Of a stretch of 64,000 bases of DNA, positions 49,694-57,560 are shown piece by piece. The notes beneath the pieces are model-generated. The model did not search any database, had not been told where the DNA came from, and saw only the letters and a list, made by a program, of their open reading frames with translations. Location: positions 1 through 64,000 of the IMG/VR virus record IMGVR_UViG_3300023179_000071, one strand, 5' to 3'. A program made the translations under genes and the position numbers. Source of the DNA: a virus. The first letter of the stretch is position 1. Each line of letters opens with the position of its first letter.

Positions 49694-50484
49694 TCTCCTA
49701 TTTCTATAATATTGTCCTGAATAATTTTGCTACTGATCTTTTCTATAGTAGATATAATATTTTCCAAAATAAGAGATGAGCGAGCTTTAGAAAAATCATG
49801 ACATTGCTTGATTCTTATCAGCTTTATCCCTTTTCCAAGTAATAGTCCTGTTTTTTTAGAATCGTATGATTGATTTCTTTGTAGAGCATCCTGACCCCAT
49901 ACTGGCTCAAAATGAGATGGCCCATCAATCTCTATTGCTATGTTATGTGATGGCAGGAAAATGTCGAGTTGTAATTTTGTATTTGATAGGAATTGTTCTT
50001 TGTGAAAATCTACTCTGTATCCATTGTGCAATAGGCCATTGAGGATAAATTTTTCTAGCTTAGATCCTTCTTTACTAGATCGTCTAACAGCGTCAATAGC
50101 CTTCTTTTGCATTAATTGTTTTTGGTCTTCTGATAGATTATCCCACTGTTGTTTAGCTTGTAAAACTCTATTCTGTTTTTCTGTTTGAGATAATTCATTC
50201 CAGCTATTCATAACCCCAAGTCCTATTTTCATAGTTGTTTGTTGGTCTCTTTGAGTGCCCTTGGTTGGATGTTTATGTTTACCAGTTTTTAAAGCATTTT
50301 TCTGAGCATTACTTTTATCCCTTAGGGATATATTAAATTTTTTAGCGTCTCTTCTAATTTTATTAGGATATGTTTGGAGTTTTTCAGCTACATCTCCCAG
50401 ACTCATTTTTTTATTTACATATAAATCTAGGATAATTCTTTTCTTTTCAGAATCAGATAATTTATTATAGTTTAATATGCTCAT
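49690..50484 (-). CDS. Vsr/DUF559-like endonuclease with N-terminal HTH
   Basis: SKLEKFI...LDIFLPSHNIAIEIDGPSHF...DSKK...GIKLIRI; N-terminal LYVNKKMSLGDVAEKL HTH-like segment. Confidence 0.75.
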   Translation of the reverse strand: MSILNYNKLSDSEKKRIILDLYVNKKMSLGDVAEKLQTYPNKIRRDAKKFNISLRDKSNAQKNALKTGKHKHPTKGTQRDQQTTMKIGLGVMNSWNELSQTEKQNRVLQAKQQWDNLSEDQKQLMQKKAIDAVRRSSKEGSKLEKFILNGLLHNGYRVDFHKEQFLSNTKLQLDIFLPSHNIAIEIDGPSHFEPVWGQDALQRNQSYDSKKTGLLLGKGIKLIRIKQCHDFSKARSSLILENIISTIEKISSKIIQDNIIEIGD

Positions 50485-50962
50485 ATATGCTTTCTGGAGT
50501 ATTATCTGGTAATAATATTGATGGTTTCCAACAAATATCTAATAGTGGCTTAAAATCTTTGACAGTAGTACATAATATGTCGTTATTTTCTACATAGTAT
50601 TTATGTAGCTCATTATGTCTTGTTAGCCTTAGGGTCAGATTATCTTTTGGTTGATTATTAATAGTTTCTGTCCATTCGGGAGCATTACATATAAAGATTT
50701 TTTGTTTTGATATGCAGTCAGATACAAAAATCATATCTTTTAGAGTAAAACAAATCAAAGGTCCCTTAAAATACTTAGCTTCATTAATATGCAGCGTTGC
50801 AAAACTATTAAATGATGTTATATTACTAAAGTAATAGGTATTGAAAAGTATATGATCTAAAAATGGCGCAGCTATACTAAGTCTGTTTATAGTATCCAGT
50901 ATAAATTTGGATTGCTGATCATTTTCTATATTTAGTGCTACAAATCCTATTGTTTTGTTCAT
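50465..50962 (-). CDS. Hypothetical protein (possible glycosyltransferase N-terminal-like domain)
   Basis: Coupled ORF in the glycosylation cluster; alternating beta/alpha pattern; function weakly inferred. Confidence 0.45.
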   Translation of the reverse strand: MNKTIGFVALNIENDQQSKFILDTINRLSIAAPFLDHILFNTYYFSNITSFNSFATLHINEAKYFKGPLICFTLKDMIFVSDCISKQKIFICNAPEWTETINNQPKDNLTLRLTRHNELHKYYVENNDILCTTVKDFKPLLDICWKPSILLPDNTPESIYEHIKL

Positions 50963-51759
50963 AGTAAATTTTTCTCTATAAAATTCTTATACGAGTTATT
51001 TTTAATATCCTGAATACTAAGAGATGGCTTGGGTAGATTGTTTATATTTTCTAGATTTTCTTTTGTAATCTGTGTTTTTTTAATCCAGTTGTTGCTTTCT
51101 GCTGTCAATACTGGTTTGTCTAGCATAAGAGCATAGCCCAAAAAACTATTATTCAGAGCAAGAAATACTCTACAATTATTAATAAGCTCTATAAAAACAA
51201 TATCGTCTATAAATCCTAAATTTTGCGGATGAGATATATTGAGACCATCGAACATCTTGATATTAAGTGTTGTGTTAGGATATAATAGATTCTCTAATTC
51301 CAAAGGTATCTTTTCAATACCGCTTAGATGAGTTAATATATCGATATTCGGTATGTCTTTTTTCTTATTATATGCATTCAATAAATATTCACTATAATAG
51401 TTATCTAATTTAATAGTGCTCGGCTTTACATTTTTAATATCAGCACAATCCTTATTATGTACCAAACACTTGATACCCCTATTAGAGGCATCATTATACA
51501 GTGACTTATTCATTCTATCAAAATATAGGAAAATATTCTGAGGATGCTCGGTCTCTTGCATAAATCCTATGGTTTCTGAATTTATACTAGATGAGCAAAA
51601 TACATACTTATGATTTTTTCTTTCTGTCTCACTATCCGAATAGTAGCTATCGTATAGGTTGCTATGGCTATATTGCTCTACCTCTCCATATGCTATCAAA
51701 TCATAGGCGAGATGATGTACTACTTTAGTAAGAGTTGTAAATTCTAATGTAAATTTCAT
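50959..51759 (-). CDS. Degenerate GT-B glycosyltransferase-like protein
   Basis: LGFIDD...LINNCRVFL....FLGYALMLDKPVL echoes the GT-B C-terminal EAM..G.PV region but lacks the Glu. Confidence 0.45.
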   Translation of the reverse strand: MKFTLEFTTLTKVVHHLAYDLIAYGEVEQYSHSNLYDSYYSDSETERKNHKYVFCSSSINSETIGFMQETEHPQNIFLYFDRMNKSLYNDASNRGIKCLVHNKDCADIKNVKPSTIKLDNYYSEYLLNAYNKKKDIPNIDILTHLSGIEKIPLELENLLYPNTTLNIKMFDGLNISHPQNLGFIDDIVFIELINNCRVFLALNNSFLGYALMLDKPVLTAESNNWIKKTQITKENLENINNLPKPSLSIQDIKNNSYKNFIEKNLL

Positions 51760-51760
51760 T

Positions 51761-52438
51761 TTATTTATGATTGACTGTAATGAGTGAGTTATTGTAAATA
51801 TATGTATTACTAGTGGGATATAAACTTAATAGCAGATTGATACTTTCAAAAAATAACATATTAGTATTTGCATCTATAATATTTAGTAATGATGTTTTTG
51901 CCTCTGGTTGAAGCATAAATATTTCTGACCATTTGGGACTTAGCTCGTAGCATAAATATTCCACTTTGCCATTATGGTGAGTACATCCTATTTTGAAAAA
52001 CTTATTAGTACAATTTTTGATACAAAAAATATGGTTAGTATTATTGTTGCATTGTTGAAAAATATTTTTACGCAATATGGTATAATTACTAATTATAATT
52101 GTTGGGTAGTTATTGTCAATTTGTTTTAGGGCTAATCCTATTGCATACGACTGGCCATATGTTTCATAATGATCATTATCTATAATCTTAATATCATTGC
52201 CAAAATTGATTTTTTTCTTAACTTTATCCTTATCAAAACCCAGTACTATGTTAATTGATGCTATCTTTTTAATATGTTTTCGTATACTATGTAATTGATG
52301 TTTTATTAGCGTATCGCTATGGTTATCTATCTTAATAGGCATTAAACTTTTGGATCCAATTGATTTCATGCCTTTAGTAATTTCATAAGCTAATAATATA
52401 ACATTATAGTAATTATATGTAGATGATATTTTTTTCAT
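51761..52438 (-). CDS. Nucleotidyltransferase-like protein (LicC/NTP_transferase fold)
   Basis: VILLA...GMKSIGSKSLM...TLIKHQL...INIVLGF...N.HYETYG.SY.IGLAL; canonical GxGxR loop is degenerate. Confidence 0.65.
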   Translation of the reverse strand: MKKISSTYNYYNVILLAYEITKGMKSIGSKSLMPIKIDNHSDTLIKHQLHSIRKHIKKIASINIVLGFDKDKVKKKINFGNDIKIIDNDHYETYGQSYAIGLALKQIDNNYPTIIISNYTILRKNIFQQCNNNTNHIFCIKNCTNKFFKIGCTHHNGKVEYLCYELSPKWSEIFMLQPEAKTSLLNIIDANTNMLFFESINLLLSLYPTSNTYIYNNSLITVNHK

Positions 52439-52943
52439 TATCTACTAGTTTGTTAATCAGTGGCTCGTCATTATTTTTATTTAGAATCATGTGTGTAGAA
52501 AAAGGAATAACCAACCCACAGTATGGATCGTCTTTTTTCATTATGCTGTCTATATTTTTTATAGATGCAAATAATGGCGTTATCTTTTCTATATAATCTT
52601 GTTCACAATCAGATATGCTGTCATAAACAATATAATGCGTTGTGCTATTTTTTCTAATATTAGTATCCAACACAACATCTATACTTTCTGTAAAAGGATA
52701 TTGAGGTAATGTGATCTCATGTATTTTCCATGGATACTTTTTATCTATTTCTTTGATATACTCCAATAATCCTACAAAATCATAATCGTATTCTGGCTTG
52801 TATACTAAAGAACAGAACCCAATAGGCCCGTCATAATTTAATACTTCTTTGATTTTTTCTTTATCAAATTTGTCAACAAATATGATATAGTAATAACTAT
52901 TATTGAGTTCTTTGGATGGTAATTTTAGTGGAGTATCCGTCAT
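52413..52943 (-). CDS. Hypothetical protein
   Basis: Overlapping ORF in the coupled cluster; no firm motif. Confidence 0.55.
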   Translation of the reverse strand: MTDTPLKLPSKELNNSYYYIIFVDKFDKEKIKEVLNYDGPIGFCSLVYKPEYDYDFVGLLEYIKEIDKKYPWKIHEITLPQYPFTESIDVVLDTNIRKNSTTHYIVYDSISDCEQDYIEKITPLFASIKNIDSIMKKDDPYCGLVIPFSTHMILNKNNDEPLINKLVDNEKNIIYI

Positions 52944-53313
52944 ATATAACCTGCTTTATTGAGAGATTGTGTCTTGATAAGATATCGCTTAAATCTTTTT
53001 CAAAGAAAAAGCATTTTTTATTCGATAGTGTTTTATTTACGTCTTCAATAGATATTTTATTATATCCAATATCATTGTAAACTTTATCAAAATTAATAAA
53101 TTCTAAACACATTATACCGCTATTTATTTTTATCTTTCTACTGAGGCCACCAACAATAGGATCTAATTCTGTCGCATTAGTTGTATTTAGCTCATTAAAT
53201 GATAGCACATCACAAGATCCATTAGGAACCGATGATATTTGTTCGATGCTTACATTATTCGCTCCTGTAATCTTAGAATCACTATTTATATATGTATGAA
53301 TATGCTTTGTCAT
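52900..53313 (-). CDS. Minimal/degenerate methyltransferase-like protein
   Basis: VPNGSCDVL...SRKIKINSGIMCLEF.NF resembles the C-terminal half of class I SAM methyltransferases; no GxG motif I. Confidence 0.4.
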   Translation of the reverse strand: MTKHIHTYINSDSKITGANNVSIEQISSVPNGSCDVLSFNELNTTNATELDPIVGGLSRKIKINSGIMCLEFINFDKVYNDIGYNKISIEDVNKTLSNKKCFFFEKDLSDILSRHNLSIKQVIYDGYSTKITIQRTQ

Positions 53314-54227
53314 TTTCTAACCTTCTGTGTTACTGTTGATAATACATCACGAATATCTGATTGAGCTTTATCAAAATTATTATCTAATAGCATTTTATTT
53401 TTTTCCATACTAATCTTACTAAACGTTTGACTATAATTGCTAAGTAAAGGCTGGACACCCTTAATAATCTGTTCTATGTTTGAAATATTATGAATCAGTC
53501 CGGGATATTGTATGCTTCTATTGTCGCTAGTGAATAATATATTACAAAAACACATAGCATATTTTGTTTCTATAATAGACAAAGGATCTACTGAAAAAAT
53601 AATTTTTGTTTCAGAAAAAGCTTTGTATATATACTCATTAGTACTATCTGGTTGAATAATTTGTATTTTTATATTAGGCAGAGAAGTCTGTATGGTGGCC
53701 AATATCTGCTCTATTTTTAGAGGATCATTACTGTTCTGTAGAATTCCTATATCTATTGTTTTGGTTTTTTCGCTAATATTACTGGATACAAAATCATCCC
53801 GTAGAGATGGTTGTATAAGGTGTGTTTTAAGTATTCCTAGTTCTTGTGTCAATTTATGATGACTAATTTGATCATAGCATAGAAAAGTCATATGACGACA
53901 TTTTTGTAATACCTGTGCATTAGTTGTTAATAAATTTGTTATATTTATAACTCCTGGTAAATGCATATGATCTAAATGTTTAGCTATTTCTACGGAGCCT
54001 ATCCAACAATCATAATATATAGGAGGAGCATTAATTTCAGGAATAACAAAAGCGTTTCCTGGTCTATTACCACTTTCCGCAGGTGGCATTATTACTAATA
54101 AATTATTTTGATCTAATAAATTATCAATATAATTATCTATAATAGAATTATATGGTTGATAAGCAACATTAATACTATCTGATACTGCTCGTTGTATTGT
54201 AGATCCTACATTATATCCAAAGAACAT
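53310..54227 (-). CDS. Degenerate glycosyltransferase-like protein
   Basis: KTIDIGI...YIYKAFSETKIIF...ETKYAMCF resembles a GT-B C-terminal domain; adjacent to GT4 genes. Confidence 0.4.
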   Translation of the reverse strand: MFFGYNVGSTIQRAVSDSINVAYQPYNSIIDNYIDNLLDQNNLLVIMPPAESGNRPGNAFVIPEINAPPIYYDCWIGSVEIAKHLDHMHLPGVINITNLLTTNAQVLQKCRHMTFLCYDQISHHKLTQELGILKTHLIQPSLRDDFVSSNISEKTKTIDIGILQNSNDPLKIEQILATIQTSLPNIKIQIIQPDSTNEYIYKAFSETKIIFSVDPLSIIETKYAMCFCNILFTSDNRSIQYPGLIHNISNIEQIIKGVQPLLSNYSQTFSKISMEKNKMLLDNNFDKAQSDIRDVLSTVTQKVRK

Positions 54228-55372
54228 AATTGTTCTCCTATGCTAGCAATAGAAAATTTATTACTATATGCTTTTATATTTTCTGATAATTTATTACGCT
54301 CATTAGTAGATAAATTTTGATGGTGATTAAATGCATGACGTAAAGTTTGTCTTATATCTAGTATAGTGGGCTCGGCAGATAGCTCTAACTCGCATTCGTG
54401 ATCTAGTCTAATATTTGCGGGATTAGCTTCCGAAATTTCTAATCTAGATGGAATAATTAGTCCTGCAATATTAGTGTCTATCAGCTCTGATGCTCCGGTG
54501 TTTTCTACCGCTATAGGATATTTTCCAAGACACAATGCTTCGGCTAATGGCCTACAGAAAGCTTCTCCTTTAGATGGACAGACAAATATATCGCATGAAT
54601 GATGTAGTCTAATAAGATTATTTCTATCAAGATTATCTGCTATAAGTATCAGATTGGGAGTTAATGTTCTATTATATTTATTTCTACCAATTGTTTCATT
54701 CACACCAGAGATAATGGCCTCTCTTCTTGAGTTATCCATTTTATCGGTTTTGATAACTAGAAGTGCTTTTTCTCTGGATTGAAACTCATAATTAAAAGCT
54801 AGTATCAGATTAATAATATTTTTACGAGGAATAAATGAACCAATAAAATAAAACTTAGTAAAATCTTTATATTTAGAAGATAATGATAGCATATCCATGG
54901 AATCATTATTAATGGATGATTCTATGATATTAATTTCTTTTGTATTTATCGGTTGAGATACGCTATGAATAGGTGTCTTGACTCCGCTATCGTGTAGTGT
55001 TTTTTGTTCTAGTAATGATGGCACACATACATGATCCATGCGATTAAAGATCTGTTTGATATATGCAGAATGAGCCAAATTAGTTTGTTCAAAAACGCAA
55101 AATGCAATATTTTTATATGGATATATAGGACATATGGCTTGGGGCAATGCTTTTTGAATAATAATATCTATATTAGATAAACTCTTTTCCTCATAAGTTT
55201 TTAGATCATCTTCCAAAACCCTGTCTACGCTATTTGATAGAAAAATTGGTCTAGCCTGTAGATTATGGCCTAACTTATTAGTTGCATATGCTAAAGATCG
55301 TAGATAGTCTTTTGACGCAGCTCCCCATCCATCGTTTTGTCTATAAGGGGCAACATATAGTATATTGCTCAT
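54206..55372 (-). CDS. Glycosyltransferase family 4 (GT-B)
   Basis: FYFIG...RKNI...CDIFVCPSKGEAFCRPLAEALCLG (EX7E motif). Confidence 0.9.
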   Translation of the reverse strand: MSNILYVAPYRQNDGWGAASKDYLRSLAYATNKLGHNLQARPIFLSNSVDRVLEDDLKTYEEKSLSNIDIIIQKALPQAICPIYPYKNIAFCVFEQTNLAHSAYIKQIFNRMDHVCVPSLLEQKTLHDSGVKTPIHSVSQPINTKEINIIESSINNDSMDMLSLSSKYKDFTKFYFIGSFIPRKNIINLILAFNYEFQSREKALLVIKTDKMDNSRREAIISGVNETIGRNKYNRTLTPNLILIADNLDRNNLIRLHHSCDIFVCPSKGEAFCRPLAEALCLGKYPIAVENTGASELIDTNIAGLIIPSRLEISEANPANIRLDHECELELSAEPTILDIRQTLRHAFNHHQNLSTNERNKLSENIKAYSNKFSIASIGEQLCSLDIM

Positions 55373-57033
55373 GAGGGCTCCCTCTCATTTGCGTATCTGA
55401 TATAGTCCTCGCTATTAAGAACTGCTTTATTTGACATAGCATATTTGATAAGATTTTGATTTTCAATATACTTATTATATATCTCAATTAGATTTTGAAA
55501 ATCAAACTTTTTAATATTCATTCCATTAATAGTAAATCCGTAATCACTAGACTTTAGTAAATTCAATGTCATCATATTATTTAATAGAGCTGGGTTCCCA
55601 ATTCTGTCCGCACAAACATATCTCATAGCTTCGTATGACTTATTAAATTGCTTGAATTCATTGATATCTAGTTTCGATAAATAGTTCGATGGAATATTAC
55701 CCCAGTGATTTCTATTGGGATTAGCTAAAATCTGATCGAATACTTTCATCCATGTGTTAGCTGTTTTATCCCAGTTGAAATTTTTCTCTGTTAATTCTCT
55801 TACTTTTATTTTTATAGATTTTTTATCTTCTTTATCTAGATGTAAATAATTCCATAAATAATATATTAGTTGATTATTATCTGGATAAACCCTATATGCC
55901 TCTGTTTCTAACTCTTTAAAAAATGTTTGTGGTTGTACTGGATATCCTTCAAGAATTTTAACAATATCCGACATAGCACTATAATTAACAGAAACAATAG
56001 GAATACCACACGCACCGGCTTCTACCTGAGGCATTCCAAAACCCTCACAAATAGCATACTGTACATAAATATCAAATGTATTGTATACAGAATTTAATTG
56101 GTCAGATGTTATGCCATCGGCTACAGATGGAAATGTAGCTGTTTTTTGACCGCAATGAGGGCACTGTTTTATAGAGTGAGTAAAGGTATGAGCATGAATC
56201 TTGGAACAACTTTTGCAGAAGTATGTGAATAGTACTCTTTTGCCCATATTATTTTCTTTGAGAATATTGGGCAGATTCCATCCTGCGTCTGGATAACTGG
56301 TATGCAGATACAAATAAACATCTTTGCCTAGATCTTTATTTTGCATTTCAAGCTTATCTAAGAGTAATCTGATAGATTGTATTAACTCCGGGATCAGCTT
56401 TCTTTTTTGATTTCTCATTACAGAGCCTATTATTTGCATTGATTCTGGCAAATTGAGCGTCTGTCTTGCTACTTCTGATCCTATGGGGCGGAATGTTTTC
56501 ATATCTACCGCCGGAGATGCAGATCCTTCGTATTTGATTTTATTATTAGTTTGGTTCATTAAAACGCTGCCACCCCAATCAGAATAAGATAATACAGCGT
56601 CAGCATTCATATATACATCTAACCACTCCTCTTGTTGTGGTTGAGAATCGACAGTTGGCATTACCACCCAACTATAAAAAGGTCTGAGAACAGAAAACTT
56701 TTGATAAGCGTTCATCCAGAAATCCCTAATATCGAATACAATATCAGGCATAAAATCTAGAGCTACTCTTTCAAATCTCCACTTACCAAATGCATTTTCT
56801 CCGTTGCTATTATATTCTTGATATCGAGGATCATTTTCCTTTACTGCATTTGGATAGTATTTCCATGGAATATTTCTATCTCTAGGATCTCCAAGAATAC
56901 CATAAGAAGCAAATTCCGCTACCTCATACTTTCCAGAATCGTGCAATCTGGTTAGAAGCTCTTTTGCATAAGTGCTATATCCCGAATGCAAAAAGCTAGC
57001 TTCGGAACACATTAAAATTTTGGGTTTTGGCAT
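55369..57033 (-). CDS. Glycosyltransferase family 4 (GT-B) with zinc-ribbon insertion
   Basis: VMRNQKRK, FDIYVQYAICEGFGMPQVEAGACGIP (EX7E); CKSC...CPHC insertion. Confidence 0.9.
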   Translation of the reverse strand: MPKPKILMCSEASFLHSGYSTYAKELLTRLHDSGKYEVAEFASYGILGDPRDRNIPWKYYPNAVKENDPRYQEYNSNGENAFGKWRFERVALDFMPDIVFDIRDFWMNAYQKFSVLRPFYSWVVMPTVDSQPQQEEWLDVYMNADAVLSYSDWGGSVLMNQTNNKIKYEGSASPAVDMKTFRPIGSEVARQTLNLPESMQIIGSVMRNQKRKLIPELIQSIRLLLDKLEMQNKDLGKDVYLYLHTSYPDAGWNLPNILKENNMGKRVLFTYFCKSCSKIHAHTFTHSIKQCPHCGQKTATFPSVADGITSDQLNSVYNTFDIYVQYAICEGFGMPQVEAGACGIPIVSVNYSAMSDIVKILEGYPVQPQTFFKELETEAYRVYPDNNQLIYYLWNYLHLDKEDKKSIKIKVRELTEKNFNWDKTANTWMKVFDQILANPNRNHWGNIPSNYLSKLDINEFKQFNKSYEAMRYVCADRIGNPALLNNMMTLNLLKSSDYGFTINGMNIKKFDFQNLIEIYNKYIENQNLIKYAMSNKAVLNSEDYIRYANEREPS

Positions 57034-57045
57034 AAGTCCTGTCCT

Positions 57046-57082
57046 AAAACAAAGGAGGAAGGGGACTCTCGTCCCCTATCCT
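57046..57082 (-). terminator. Rho-independent terminator downstream of ssb
   Basis: Minus strand AGGATAGGGGAC-GAGA-GTCCCCTTCCTCC-TTTGTTTT: GC-rich stem, GNRA loop, U tract. Confidence 0.8.
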
Positions 57083-57103
57083 AGCTTCTAAAGAATCACT
57101 TAA

Positions 57104-57490
57104 TCAAAATGCAACTGTCTCTTCTTCTTCTTCCTCTGAAGAAGCGTTTGCTACCTTCTTGGAAATCTTTGTGATCTTGGAAAAATTATTAACTCTAACC
57201 TTTAGAGTGCTATGCTTTACGCCGTCCTTTTCCCACGAGTCATTACGAAGGGTTCCTTCTACTAGAACCAGATCACCCTTCTTGAAAGATGCAGCAATAG
57301 TTTCTGCACCACTATCCCACGCTTCACAAGAGATAAAGGAAGTTACTTTGTCCTTGCTTCCGTTTGCCCTGCTAAATTCTCTAGAAACAGCAACAGTAAA
57401 GTTGACAACAGCAGTCTTCTTTTCTGATACTGTGATATGTCTTAATTCAGGATCCCTTGTTAGATTTCCTCTCAAAATTACAATATTCAT
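57104..57490 (-). CDS. ssb: Single-stranded DNA-binding protein
   Basis: MNIVILRGNLTRDPELR...FISCEAW...KKGDLVLVEGTLR..SWEKDG; acidic tail; ATG 57490 preceded by AGGAG (ORF track extends to 57526). Confidence 0.95.
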   Translation of the reverse strand: MNIVILRGNLTRDPELRHITVSEKKTAVVNFTVAVSREFSRANGSKDKVTSFISCEAWDSGAETIAASFKKGDLVLVEGTLRNDSWEKDGVKHSTLKVRVNNFSKITKISKKVANASSEEEEEETVAF

Positions 57491-57532
57491 ATTCAATCTC
57501 CTAAAGTCAAAAAGTAAACCGACCACAGCGTT

Positions 57533-57560
57533 ATTATAACTGGGGCTCCTACAGTGTCAA
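57533..57560 (-). promoter_or_regulatory. Consensus sigma70-type promoter for ssb
   Basis: Minus strand TTGACA-ctgtaggagccccagt(16 nt)-TATAAT, 42 nt upstream of the ssb ATG; the -35 box overlaps the dnaE-C stop codon. Confidence 0.85.

Noticed and set aside
57491-57526. ORF-track N-terminal extension of SSB (also TTG starts at 37106 and 40405)
   Set aside because: Downstream ATGs have better SD or ATGA coupling; the ssb extension would begin at about the predicted transcription start.
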